Of a DNA stretch of 52,642 nucleotides, positions 7,228 through 16,581 are shown in pieces. The notes beneath the pieces were generated by a model that saw only the letters and a program-made list of their open reading frames with translations, did no database searches and had not been told where the DNA came from. The position numbers and the translations under genes were made by a program. Numbering within the stretch: the first letter of the stretch is position 1; the number at the start of each line of letters is the position of its first letter. Origin of the DNA: Nitrospiraceae bacterium (GTDB lineage: Bacteria; Nitrospirota; Nitrospiria; Nitrospirales; Nitrospiraceae); contig JBBIQV010000018.1 of NCBI GenBank assembly GCA_037442105.1, positions 1-52,642 on the forward strand, read 5' to 3'.

Positions 7228-8118
7228 TCAGTTGCGCCGCGACGTGATATACCGCGCGAGTTCGCGGAGCGGATCGGCGGCGGGACCGAATGATCCCAAC
7301 CGGTTGATCGCGCGGGTCGTGCACTCGTCGGCCAGCTTCCGCGCACCCTCCACGCCATAGAACGTGGGGTACGTTTTCTTGCCACGCTGCGCGTCGGTGT
7401 TCGGATTCTTGCCGAGTTCATCCCGCGTGCCGGTGACATTCAAGACGTCGTCTGCGATTTGAAACGCGAGGCCGATGTCTTCCGCGTAGCCGGTGAGGTC
7501 GTCGAGCTGTTTCGGAGTCGCGCCGGCTGTAATCGCGCCCATGCGCACGGCGGCGCGGATGAGCATGCCGGTCTTGTGCTTGTGAATTGATCGCAGAGTG
7601 GCCAGATCGATGTCTTTGTTCTCTGCCTGAATGTCCAGAACCTGGCCGCCGACCATCCCCATGTTGCCCGAGCCGTAGGCCAGTTCCTGAATCAATTGGA
7701 CTTGCCGTGCTGGATCGCAGCCTTTCATCAAATCGGGCCGGCTGCAAAGTTCAAAGGCCATCGTGAGCAGGGCATCGCCGGCGAGAATCGCCATCGCTTC
7801 GCCATAGACTTTATGGTTCGTAGGCTTGCCGCGGCGGTAATCGTCGTTGTCCATTGCCGGCAGGTCGTCGTGGATGAGCGAATAGGTATGGATGAGTTCA
7901 AGCGAACAGGCGATGGGCATGATGGTCGGCGCAGGGTTCCCAACGGCTTCAGCGGCGGCGATGGCGAGAATAGGCCGTACGCGTTTCCCTCCGGCGAACA
8001 GACTATATCGCATACTTTCATGGAGCGTTGTGGGCGTGGTCTGGACAGCAGGGATGACGGAGTCCAGGAAACGGTCCACTGCCTCGCGCTGCTGCTCGAG
8101 GTACTGTCGAATGTCCAT
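7228..8118 (-). CDS. ispA: Farnesyl/geranylgeranyl diphosphate synthase
   Basis: GGKRVRP, HTYSLIHDDLPAMDNDDYRRG, KTG, FQIADDVL, GKKTYP. Start set at MDIRQYL. Confidence 0.95.
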   Translation of the reverse strand: MDIRQYLEQQREAVDRFLDSVIPAVQTTPTTLHESMRYSLFAGGKRVRPILAIAAAEAVGNPAPTIMPIACSLELIHTYSLIHDDLPAMDNDDYRRGKPTNHKVYGEAMAILAGDALLTMAFELCSRPDLMKGCDPARQVQLIQELAYGSGNMGMVGGQVLDIQAENKDIDLATLRSIHKHKTGMLIRAAVRMGAITAGATPKQLDDLTGYAEDIGLAFQIADDVLNVTGTRDELGKNPNTDAQRGKKTYPTFYGVEGARKLADECTTRAINRLGSFGPAADPLRELARYITSRRN

Positions 8119-8203
8119 GTCCGGTTGAAAGCCGATGTCGAGGTAGAGTTGTTGTGGACGAGAGCGGGCTGGTCGATGGACGCCTCTCTTCAAATCCGCG
8201 CGC

Positions 8204-8232
8204 AGAGTAACAAATGGCTCCTGGGCTGTCAA
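8204..8232 (-). promoter_or_regulatory. Sigma70-like promoter for ispA-hpnA-cruF-like genes
   Basis: TTGACA-N17-TACTCT with TGn extension. Confidence 0.6.
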
Positions 8233-8292
8233 ACAATTGGATTCTCTCTCGCCCCTTGCCTCGTGCCTTGCGCCTTCGCTATACTCCGCCGC

Positions 8293-8586
8293 ATGAGTAT
8301 TCGCAAAGCGGCCGGTGACTGGGAACCAATGCTGCTGGGCATCGAGCCGCGGCATTGCAAGGTCTGCAAGCAAGGGCTCTACCGCAATAAGACGCTCTTC
8401 CGCGGAGGTTGGGCTCGCTGTACCGTCTGCGATGAGTTCGTGCATTACAGTTGTCTCGCCGGCGGGAAAGTGAAGTTCCTGAAAATGCGACCGCGTGTGT
8501 GCAAGTCCTGCTGGGCGGCGCAGGAAGGACAGCCTGCTTCTGCTGCTCCTGCCAAGGACGACGCACCGGCTGCGGTCGGGTCGTGA
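8293..8586 (+). CDS. Small zinc-finger protein with C4HC3 (PHD/RINGv-like) ligand spacing
   Basis: CKVC-x17-CTVC-x4-H-x2-C-x15-CKSC. TTGCCT-N18-TATACT lies 7 nt before ATG 8293; alternative start 8329. Confidence 0.75.
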   Translation: MSIRKAAGDWEPMLLGIEPRHCKVCKQGLYRNKTLFRGGWARCTVCDEFVHYSCLAGGKVKFLKMRPRVCKSCWAAQEGQPASAAPAKDDAPAAVGS

Positions 8587-8927
8587 ATCCCTCGGAACAA
8601 GTTCGGCAGCCGTCGGCTCGCCCAGGCTGGCATCGATTCTTTTCGGATACCCTTCGGCTGGTGTTGGCGCCGGCGATTCTCTGCTCCAGCGGGTTCTTTA
8701 CAGCAAACTTTGTGTTGAGCGGGCGCTATACCTGGCCGCAGACGAGCCGGGTCTTCGTGCTGTCGATTACGACCCTGGTGTTGGCGTACGAATTCGTCTA
8801 TAAGGAGCAACTTGCCCGGTCAGCCAGTCGGGAACGCGCACTCCGAGCCGTAGTCTACTCCTGTGCTATCCCCTACGGCGTTGGTCTATTGATGATGATC
8901 CTGCTGGTACGACTCCTGGGCGAGTAG
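8583..8927 (+). CDS. Small membrane protein (about 3 TM)
   Basis: GTGA overlap with the upstream stop; three hydrophobic segments. Confidence 0.7.
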   Translation: MNPSEQVRQPSARPGWHRFFSDTLRLVLAPAILCSSGFFTANFVLSGRYTWPQTSRVFVLSITTLVLAYEFVYKEQLARSASRERALRAVVYSCAIPYGVGLLMMILLVRLLGE

Positions 8928-9108
8928 GGGCCTGGATGAATAGACAATAACGGGAAGAACTTCTTCATTCCGGCTGTGCTCACGAATCATCACGCCGTAA
9001 ACTCTGTCAGACGGCCTGCCAACGAGATTGAATTTGTCATCCCTCGGCGAGTTGGGTAGACTGCACGACCGGGTGCAATGTTCAACCTTGTCGGACAAGG
9101 AGGTGCCT

Positions 9109-9762
9109 GTGAGACAGACGTGGTGGAGAGTGCTGGTGGGGATGGTTGGCATGGTGGGATTCGTGGCGAGCAGCGGGTGCGCGGGGACTGGAGAATCGTT
9201 CTATCTGGATGTGCAGCCGAAACCGGCAATGGCCCAGTTTGCCAAGGTTGAACCGGTAAAGATCGTCATTGAGCCGTTTGAAGACAGCCGGTCGGAGAAA
9301 GGCCGGGTCGGGCAGAGGACTCATTTATGGGGCGGGGTCAGTTACTACGATGTGGCGGAAGGCAAGCCGGGCGAGGTTGTCGCCCAGGCGTTGGCGGAAA
9401 TGCTCAAGCAGCGTGGCTGGCACGAACGGCCGTGGGACGTAACGCTGGCGCCGGCGGGTGGCGCCGCGGCGAACGACGCGGATGTCGTTATTGGCGGGCA
9501 AGTGCTGGATTGTTCGGCCAACGCCAAGAGCCGGTTCTTCAACACAAAGATCACCACGGAGAGCAGGCTGGTCCTGCGAGTGCGGAACGCCGCGGATCGC
9601 AGTGTCGTGACGCGCAATGTAGAAAGCGCCCGGTCGGATACCGTGTTCTGGTTCGACACGGACGATGTGCAGGCGCTTCTGGCCACGACCATCAAGGACG
9701 GTATCGATCGCTTTATCGCGGACACAAAAATCGAGAATCGTTCGTTGCGGCCTGCTCATTAA
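9109..9762 (+). CDS. Lipoprotein, YajG-like
   Basis: AAGGAGG RBS, lipobox-like SSGC, IEPFEDSR...VG.R, VAQALAEMLKQRGW. Confidence 0.7.
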   Translation: MRQTWWRVLVGMVGMVGFVASSGCAGTGESFYLDVQPKPAMAQFAKVEPVKIVIEPFEDSRSEKGRVGQRTHLWGGVSYYDVAEGKPGEVVAQALAEMLKQRGWHERPWDVTLAPAGGAAANDADVVIGGQVLDCSANAKSRFFNTKITTESRLVLRVRNAADRSVVTRNVESARSDTVFWFDTDDVQALLATTIKDGIDRFIADTKIENRSLRPAH

Positions 9763-9771
9763 CGGCAACGG

Positions 9772-10860
9772 TTGCTCGTGACCGAGAACGGTGAGGTCGT
9801 GCGTGAGCGTCGGTGGGAATCCACGTCTCGGCTGAGCTTTGCGGATGTTCTGGCGGTCGGCGAGCGGTTGGCCGCGCTCGGCCTCACACCGGCTTTCCCG
9901 GCCAAGGACGTTATTTGCTACATCGAGGAATGGGCCGTGGACTCGCCGGAGGATTTCGACCGGCTGGATTCCTGGGCGACCGAAGACGTCACATTGGTCC
10001 ATATCCGCGAAGGCTGGCAGGGGGACTTTTTTCTCCTGGCCGGTGCCTACCACACGGTCTACCGGCGTTACCAGGACGTCGGGACCTACTGCTCGATCAG
10101 CCATCCATGGCGCATTCGTGAGCCGCTCCGCCTCCACCATCCGCGGAGCATGCTGTGGCTGGGCTTCCGCCACGCACACGCGTTCATCCGTATCCGCCTG
10201 CATACCACCGAAGTCATCACCCCCGGTGAAACCAGAGGAGACGCGCAGCGGGCGCAGTGGTTGGATGAACGCCGCACGGCCTTTCTGGAGGCCATCACGT
10301 TATTGGATCTGCCGATCGAAACGGCGGTGGAAAAAGAGTGCCTGGTGTTACGCCCGGCGGACCAATCGGCGCCCTTCTTCTGTTCCTGGCCTGATGCCTT
10401 TGGGCCATGCCAGTTCGAATACAATTCGTCGGATGCCTATGAGTTCCTTGTGCCGGCCAGCAAACTGGCTTCCACGTGCGCCGCAGAGCCCGTCGATGTC
10501 CGTGCGTATTTGACCGGATTTTCCGAAACCGCCCTGGAGGAGTTTCAGGCGATCGAACCGGGCGCCCGCTTGGCCTACCGCTGTTCAGCGCACTGTCCCC
10601 TTGACGATCTCCCTGAAGTATTGGAAGCGATTCAGCCCCAGGGTCGTCTCTACACGACGTTATGCGAATTCCAGACCCAGGAGTTGATTCCCGAGGGTGA
10701 GGATACGTCGGCCATCGTGGGCATCGTCGGCTCGGATCGCGGGTTTCAGATAGAGGTTCGGCTCAATCGCGCGCCGCTTCGTGAAGACCTCATGGCCGGC
10801 TGGATAGAACGTCTGCTCGGTCATCCGGCCGTGTATGCGCCGCTCCCGCCGTTTGTCTGA
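9772..10860 (+). CDS. Hypothetical protein
   Basis: 362-aa ORF filling the gap with protein-like composition; no motif recognised; TTG start uncertain. Confidence 0.7.
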   Translation: MLVTENGEVVRERRWESTSRLSFADVLAVGERLAALGLTPAFPAKDVICYIEEWAVDSPEDFDRLDSWATEDVTLVHIREGWQGDFFLLAGAYHTVYRRYQDVGTYCSISHPWRIREPLRLHHPRSMLWLGFRHAHAFIRIRLHTTEVITPGETRGDAQRAQWLDERRTAFLEAITLLDLPIETAVEKECLVLRPADQSAPFFCSWPDAFGPCQFEYNSSDAYEFLVPASKLASTCAAEPVDVRAYLTGFSETALEEFQAIEPGARLAYRCSAHCPLDDLPEVLEAIQPQGRLYTTLCEFQTQELIPEGEDTSAIVGIVGSDRGFQIEVRLNRAPLREDLMAGWIERLLGHPAVYAPLPPFV

Positions 10861-10866
10861 AACTGA

Positions 10867-10956
10867 CGTCACTCGTCAATGGTCACACGTCAATCGTGAA
10901 GAACGATCATGATCCCGGTCGGATAACGGTCGGCGGTTGACGAATGACGATTGACG
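10867..10956. repeat. Heptamer-repeat inverted array (CGTCANN type)
   Basis: CGTCACT CGTCAAT GGTCACA CGTCAAT ... GTTGACG AATGACG ATTGACG. Confidence 0.8.
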
Positions 10957-11008
10957 GGCCGTGCGCGACGAACCAAGAAGACGGCCGTCGCCCTGCTATA
11001 GTTGTGAG

Positions 11009-12112
11009 ATGGTCTTGCCCGCCAAAATCCAAGCCGCTTTCGCCAATCCGTTCCTGCCGGTCGTGTTCTTCTTCGCCGGCGTCGCCTACGACACGGTCAC
11101 GCTCAGCCGCATCGACCGGCTGCAAGACAACCTGATCCTGCTGCTGTATCTGGTGCTGTTGGGATTTCTGATCGTTCTTGCGGGGCGGGTGGGCAGCACG
11201 GTGACCGAGTCGGTTGAGCTGCCGCCTGGCGCTGCCTCATTCCTCCTCCGCGCCAGACCCTATTATCCGATGGCGATCCAGTTCCTGCTGGGAGGTCTGT
11301 TCAGCGCCTACACGATTTATTACTCCCGCAGCGCCTCGCTGAGTGCGACGGCTGTCTTTTTCGGCCTGCTGGTTGTGTTCCTTGTTGCCAACGAGTTTCT
11401 TAAAGACCGGCTGACCAACGTTCGTCTATTGGTGAGCTTGTACGCACTCGTCTGTTTCGCCTTCTTTACGTTCTTTCTCCCGGTCGTGGTTGGCCGGATG
11501 AATACCCTTGTGTTCCTCACGGGGGCGGTCTTGAGCGGGCTCGTAACGTTGCGGGTGGTCAATCTGATCTACCGAGGGAATGCGGCCTTCTCCCGCCAAG
11601 ACTTGGCCCTGACGGCCACACCGCCTCTGGCGGTGATCGGCGTCTTGGTGGGGTTTTACTTTCTGAACTGGATTCCCCCGGTCCCGCTCTCGCTGCAATT
11701 CGGCGGCATCTACCGTAAGGTCGCTAAAGAGAACGATACGTATCAACTCTCTTTCGAGAAAGGGTCTTGGTATCAAGTCTGGAAGCGATCGGATACCCTG
11801 TTCCCTGCCGACCGACAAGTATTTTGCTTCACCGCGGTCTTCGCGCCGGTCGATCTGAACACCACGATCTATCATGACTGGCAGTACCGGGCGAACGGCA
11901 AGAGGCCGTTTCGCACGGCCGATCGCCTGCCCATTAAGATTTCAGGCGGACGTGAAGGAGGCTATCGAGCCTACACCGTCAAGCAAGGCCTGGATGCCGG
12001 CGAGTGGAGAGTGGACGTGCAAACGGAGGACGGCCGCATCCTCGGACGGGTGAATTTTCGGGTGGAAAAACAAGCTGAGGCTCAGCCGGCGTTGAAAACC
12101 ATCAGCTACTGA
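11009..12112 (+). CDS. DUF2914-domain membrane protein
   Basis: About 8 TM helices, WIPPVPL, FTAVFAP...IYHDW...ISGGREGGYR.Y..K...GEWRVDVQTEDGRILGR. Confidence 0.85.
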   Translation: MVLPAKIQAAFANPFLPVVFFFAGVAYDTVTLSRIDRLQDNLILLLYLVLLGFLIVLAGRVGSTVTESVELPPGAASFLLRARPYYPMAIQFLLGGLFSAYTIYYSRSASLSATAVFFGLLVVFLVANEFLKDRLTNVRLLVSLYALVCFAFFTFFLPVVVGRMNTLVFLTGAVLSGLVTLRVVNLIYRGNAAFSRQDLALTATPPLAVIGVLVGFYFLNWIPPVPLSLQFGGIYRKVAKENDTYQLSFEKGSWYQVWKRSDTLFPADRQVFCFTAVFAPVDLNTTIYHDWQYRANGKRPFRTADRLPIKISGGREGGYRAYTVKQGLDAGEWRVDVQTEDGRILGRVNFRVEKQAEAQPALKTISY

Positions 12113-12129
12113 CCGAAATACAGGCCACC

Positions 12130-12312
12130 CTACTTCTTTTCTCGCTTCGTCGTGTGCTGAAAGACGCACTTCGGACAGGTGTAATGGATGAATAGGCCGC
12201 CGCCGACGAGGCGTTTTTTCATCGGCACCTTGCACCAGGTGCAGAGCCGGTCGGGAAGTTCATTTGTCTGAGGAGTCTGCGGGGATAAAGCGGGCGATGG
12301 TGCGTCGGTCAT
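12130..12312 (-). CDS. Small zinc-ribbon protein
   Basis: CTWC...CPKC. TTGACA-N18-GAGAAT lies 7 nt upstream of the ATG. Confidence 0.65.
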   Translation of the reverse strand: MTDAPSPALSPQTPQTNELPDRLCTWCKVPMKKRLVGGGLFIHYTCPKCVFQHTTKREKK

Positions 12313-12452
12313 GGCCGGTATTCTCGCTAACGGTCTGAGAATTTGTCAACGAAAGTTTGGGCGAAAGTCTAGACATCGCGGCGTGGCTGCCGTATAGTGC
12401 GATTCATGCGTCCACTCACTCTTCACCTTTCACAGAAAGGTCACCACGCTCT

Positions 12453-12899
12453 ATGCAGAACTCCAGCAGCACTGCGTCCACCGACGATATCTCATCTCAC
12501 CAACCCAGGCCCTCCCATGCCGCCGTGCATCCTGATGCGGTTGGAGCAGGGAAAGCCTGGGGCCTTCTAACCTCGCTCGATCTCCACGATTGTCGTCCTG
12601 ACAGCATCCGCGATCCGAAGCAGATTGAAGCCTATGTGGTGCAACTCTGCGACGTGATCGGGATGAAGCGTTACGGCGAGTGCCAGATCGTGCATTTCGG
12701 TGAAGGGCGCGTGGCAGGCTACAGCATGGTGCAACTGATCGAGACATCCTTGATCAGCGGGCACTTCGCCAACGAGACGAACAGCGCCTACATCGACATC
12801 TTCAGTTGCAAAGGGTACGATCCGGCGGTCGTCGAGTCCTTTTCGAAGCAGTTCTTCGGCGCCAGGCGGAGCAGCCAGTCCGCGTTGCTGCGGTACTGA
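12453..12899 (+). CDS. speD: S-adenosylmethionine decarboxylase-family pyruvoyl proenzyme
   Basis: DLHDC...IGMK...HFG...GYSMVQLIETSLISGH...AYIDIFSCK.YD. Upstream TAGACA-N17-TATAGT. Confidence 0.8.
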   Translation: MQNSSSTASTDDISSHQPRPSHAAVHPDAVGAGKAWGLLTSLDLHDCRPDSIRDPKQIEAYVVQLCDVIGMKRYGECQIVHFGEGRVAGYSMVQLIETSLISGHFANETNSAYIDIFSCKGYDPAVVESFSKQFFGARRSSQSALLRY

Positions 12900-12977
12900 C
12901 GGAAGGAATTGCGCCTGTCGGCAGGCAGGTCGGTCCCCGGCAGTCAGCCGGTCCTCTGCGTTTCCCCTTGAGGTTCC

Positions 12978-13319
12978 ATGGCATCCAAGACGGTGAAGGA
13001 GTTCTTTGACCTGCTTCCCGGCAAATTGGATGTGGAGGCAGCAGAAGAATTCACGGCAGTGTATCAGTTCGATCTGAGCGAGCCTCAGGGAGGGCAGTAC
13101 TATGTGCAGATTCAGGATGGCGCCTGTCGGGTCCAACAGGGCACGCATCCCGAGCCGCACGTAATCCTGTCGATGTCGGGGGAAGACTGTCTCGGGGTGC
13201 TCACAGGGCGGTTGCCGGGGGCGTCAATCGCCATGTCCGGGCGACTGCGGATCAGCGGCGATATCGGGTTGGCCCTGCAGTTGCAGGCTCTCTTTCCGGT
13301 ACTGCGCTCGCTCTATTAA
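12978..13319 (+). CDS. SCP2 sterol/lipid-binding domain protein
   Basis: AVYQFDLSEPQGGQYYV.I.DG.C.V..G...P...A.SGRLRISGDIGLA. Confidence 0.85.
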   Translation: MASKTVKEFFDLLPGKLDVEAAEEFTAVYQFDLSEPQGGQYYVQIQDGACRVQQGTHPEPHVILSMSGEDCLGVLTGRLPGASIAMSGRLRISGDIGLALQLQALFPVLRSLY

Positions 13320-16300
13320 CCCGGAGCTTGCATCTCCTGCAGGTTCGGATCGAATTTCCTCGGGAATTTCTCTTCCAAAAGCAAATAGACGGTCGGCACC
13401 AAGAACAACGTCAAGACAGTGGACACGCTGAGGCCGCCGACGACCGCCCGCGCGAGAGGCGCGTTGGTCTCGCCTCCGGTGCCGAACCCGATAGCCATCG
13501 GTAGCAGGCCCAGGACGGTAGCCAGCGAGGTCATCAGAATAGGGCGGAGTCTGGTCCGTGCTGCGACGATGACGGCGTCGCGCAGCGCGGCGCCGCGGCG
13601 CCGCAACACATTCGTATAGTCCACCAGCAGCACGCCGTTTGAGACGACGATGCCGAGCATCATGATGATGCCCATCAGCGAGGTGGTCGAAAGCGTCGTG
13701 CCGGTCAGGAACAGGATGACGATCACGCCGGGAAAGCCCATCGGGACCGAGAACATGATGATGAAGGGATCGACCAGAGATTTGAACTGCGCCGCCATGA
13801 CCATGTAGACGAGCACCAGCGCCAGGATACTCGCGAAGAGCAAGCCTTCGAAGGTTTCGCGTTGCTGCTGGATTTGGCCGGCGAGCCGGATGCTGAACCC
13901 GGGCGGGAGTTGCAGGTTTGCGAAGGCCGATTCCAGATCGCTCGCGATGGAGCCCAGGTCGCGGTTGACCGGATTCGCCGTGATGTGGATGACGCGCTGG
14001 AAGTATTTGCGGTCGATCTTGACCGGCCCCGCACCGAGCTTGAGCGAAGCGACGTTCTTCAAAAGGACCGGCTCGCCGGTTTTGGTGGTGAGTAGGATGT
14101 TTTCAAGGTCCGTCAGGTCCTTCCGGTGTTCCTCCGCCAGCCACGCGCTGATGTAGTATTCGTTCCCGTTCTGCGGATCGGTGAAGATGATCGGGTCCGT
14201 CTGGCCGTTGCCGTTGAGCGAGAAGAGCACGGCGTTGGCCACGTCGGTTTCGCTGATGCCGAGCAACGCCGCCTTTTCCCGATCCACCACCACGTTGACC
14301 TCGGGGTAATTCTCTTCCCGGCTCACTTCGATGTCGGCGATTCCCGTCGTCTGATGCATGATGGCTTCGACCTGGCGGATGACCTCGCGGGCCTTTTCGA
14401 AATCGTAGCCATAGATTTCCACATCCACCGCTTTCTGAGAGCCGAAGCTGGTGACCCGTTTTACCAGCCCGCCTGGATCGAAGAACATCGCGACGCCTGG
14501 AAATAGTTTGAGGATTGTGGGACGCACATCGTTCATGATCTGAATCTGGTTCCTGGTCCGCTGATCCGGGGGCCGGAGATAGACCTGGATGACCGATGTG
14601 TGAGGGCCGGTGTTGGGGTTGAAGAGCGAGGATCGGCCCTGGGCGAGGACGCCGGTACTGGACACGATCGTTTCGATTTCATACGGGGGGATATTCTCGC
14701 GCAGCACTCGTTCCACCTCCGCCACCTGCTGCTCGGTTTTCTCGACCCGTTGGCCGACCGGCGCGCGGAGGACGATCCGGAATTGGCTTTCGTCCGAGAC
14801 GGGTAGAAATTCCGTGCCGATCAAGGGGAACAGAGCCAGCGAGCTCAGGAAGATTCCGACAATGGCGGCGATCAACAGGCGCCGGTGTGCCAAGGCCCAC
14901 CGCAGGCTCTGCTCATAACCTTGGTCCAGCGCCTCATACCGGGCCCGGCTCCAGTCCATGACTCGCACGAACCACCTCGGCATCGACCGGTGCGCCTCCC
15001 GTTCCGGCTTCAGAAACTTGTAGCAGAGGGCGGGCGTGACCGTGCGAGAGACGAAGAACGAGGTAAAGAGGGCGATGGCGATCGTGAGGGTGAGGGGAAT
15101 CAGCAGAAGTCGCGCGATGCCCACCACGAAGAAGATGGGCAGAAAGACCACGACGGTCGTGACGGTCGAGGCGAAGATCGGCATGGCCACTTCGCGGGCG
15201 GCGTTGAGAATGGCTTCCCAGCGGTTGGCTTCCTTGTTGAGGTGGCGCTGGATGTTTTCCAGCTCGACGATGGAATCGTCCACCAGCCGGCCGATGCCGA
15301 GCGCGAGCCCGCCGAGCGTAAACACATTCAACGTCTGGCCGGTGAAATAGAGGACGATAAAAGTCACTAAGATGGAAAGCGGGATTGCCACGGAAATGAT
15401 GAGGGTGCTGGTCAGGTTCCGGAGGAAGATGAGAATCACCGCTGCTGCCAACAACGACCCGTGGAGCGCTTGCTCGACCAGGTTTTGAATAGACTGGCGG
15501 ATGTAGAGCGACTGATCGAAAGAAATGCCGAGCTGGACTCCCGGAGGGATGCCGATCATCTTCGGCAGCGCTTTCCGCAAGGCGTCCACGACTTCCACGG
15601 TGTTGGCGATCGGCTGCTTGTTCACGCGGAGGTAGACGGACCGTTGGCTATCCGTACGGACGATGTTCGTCTGAATGTCGGAGGAGTCGGTCACGGTGCC
15701 GAGGTCGCGGACACGCACAGGATTGCCTTGCTGGTTCAGTTTCACGATGACGTCGGCGATCGGCTCCACCGTTTTGAACTGGTTGTTGGTGAAGACGTTG
15801 TAGTCCAGGTTCCCGGCCTTGATGTCGCCTGAGGGTAGGATAAGGTTCGACGCCTTGACCGATTTGACTACGTCCAGGATCGAGAGCCCGCGTGCCTGGA
15901 GCAAGGCCGGATCGAGGTTGACGTTGATCTGGCGGATCTTGCCGCCCTCGACCGTGGCCGCGGCGACGTTGGCGATCTGCTCGATCTGCGGCGCGATGGT
16001 GTTGAAGGCCAGGTCGTAGAGCGCCCGCTCGTCCAGGTCGCCGCCCGACACGGTCACGAAGGCGACGGGAATGTTGGACACGTCGAACTTGACGATAAAG
16101 GGCTGGAGGATGCCGGGCGGCAGACTGTTCAGGATTTGGGTGATGCGCTGCATCACCTCCATCTGGCCGACGTTGATGTCCGCGCCCCAGTTGAACCAGA
16201 TTTGCACCGCCCCGATGCCCTGTTTTGAGAAGGACTCGACGTGCTCCACGTTCGACGCGGAGCTGACGGCCTTCTCGATCGGATAGACGACGCTCTGTTC

Positions 16301-16477
16301 GATGTCGAGGGGCGGGGCGCCCTTATAGATGACGCCGACAAAGGCGACCGGCACTTGAATTTGCGGGAAGAGATCGACCGGCAGGCGCTGCAGCGAGGTG
16401 ACTCCCAGGACCACCATGGCCAGGGAGAGCATGAGGATGCCGATGCGATTGCGCAGGGCCAGGAGCGTCAGCCACAT
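13316..16477 (-). CDS. RND efflux permease (AcrB/AcrD/AcrF family)
   Basis: 1053 aa; LPVDLFP, LNVFTLGGLALGIGRLVDDSIVELENI, RLRPILMTSLAT. Confidence 0.95.
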   Translation of the reverse strand: MWLTLLALRNRIGILMLSLAMVVLGVTSLQRLPVDLFPQIQVPVAFVGVIYKGAPPLDIEQSVVYPIEKAVSSASNVEHVESFSKQGIGAVQIWFNWGADINVGQMEVMQRITQILNSLPPGILQPFIVKFDVSNIPVAFVTVSGGDLDERALYDLAFNTIAPQIEQIANVAAATVEGGKIRQINVNLDPALLQARGLSILDVVKSVKASNLILPSGDIKAGNLDYNVFTNNQFKTVEPIADVIVKLNQQGNPVRVRDLGTVTDSSDIQTNIVRTDSQRSVYLRVNKQPIANTVEVVDALRKALPKMIGIPPGVQLGISFDQSLYIRQSIQNLVEQALHGSLLAAAVILIFLRNLTSTLIISVAIPLSILVTFIVLYFTGQTLNVFTLGGLALGIGRLVDDSIVELENIQRHLNKEANRWEAILNAAREVAMPIFASTVTTVVVFLPIFFVVGIARLLLIPLTLTIAIALFTSFFVSRTVTPALCYKFLKPEREAHRSMPRWFVRVMDWSRARYEALDQGYEQSLRWALAHRRLLIAAIVGIFLSSLALFPLIGTEFLPVSDESQFRIVLRAPVGQRVEKTEQQVAEVERVLRENIPPYEIETIVSSTGVLAQGRSSLFNPNTGPHTSVIQVYLRPPDQRTRNQIQIMNDVRPTILKLFPGVAMFFDPGGLVKRVTSFGSQKAVDVEIYGYDFEKAREVIRQVEAIMHQTTGIADIEVSREENYPEVNVVVDREKAALLGISETDVANAVLFSLNGNGQTDPIIFTDPQNGNEYYISAWLAEEHRKDLTDLENILLTTKTGEPVLLKNVASLKLGAGPVKIDRKYFQRVIHITANPVNRDLGSIASDLESAFANLQLPPGFSIRLAGQIQQQRETFEGLLFASILALVLVYMVMAAQFKSLVDPFIIMFSVPMGFPGVIVILFLTGTTLSTTSLMGIIMMLGIVVSNGVLLVDYTNVLRRRGAALRDAVIVAARTRLRPILMTSLATVLGLLPMAIGFGTGGETNAPLARAVVGGLSVSTVLTLFLVPTVYLLLEEKFPRKFDPNLQEMQAPG

Positions 16478-16490
16478 AACTTGAAAAGCG

Positions 16491-16581
16491 GTGATGAGTG
16501 ACGAGTGATGAGTGATCGGTTATGTGACGATGGCCGCCTCTCCAATCCCCAACCCATCACTCATCACCCATCACGCATCAC
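16491..16581. repeat. Heptamer-repeat inverted array (GTGATGR type) overlapping the MFP stop
   Basis: GTGATGA GTGACGA GTGATGA GTGATCG ... CCATCAC TCATCAC CCATCAC GCATCAC. Confidence 0.85.

Noticed and set aside
7696..8292. Long N-terminal extensions of ORFs 7696..8586 (+) and 7228..8445 (-)
   Set aside because: They overlap each other and the divergent promoters; likely starts are 8293 and 8118.
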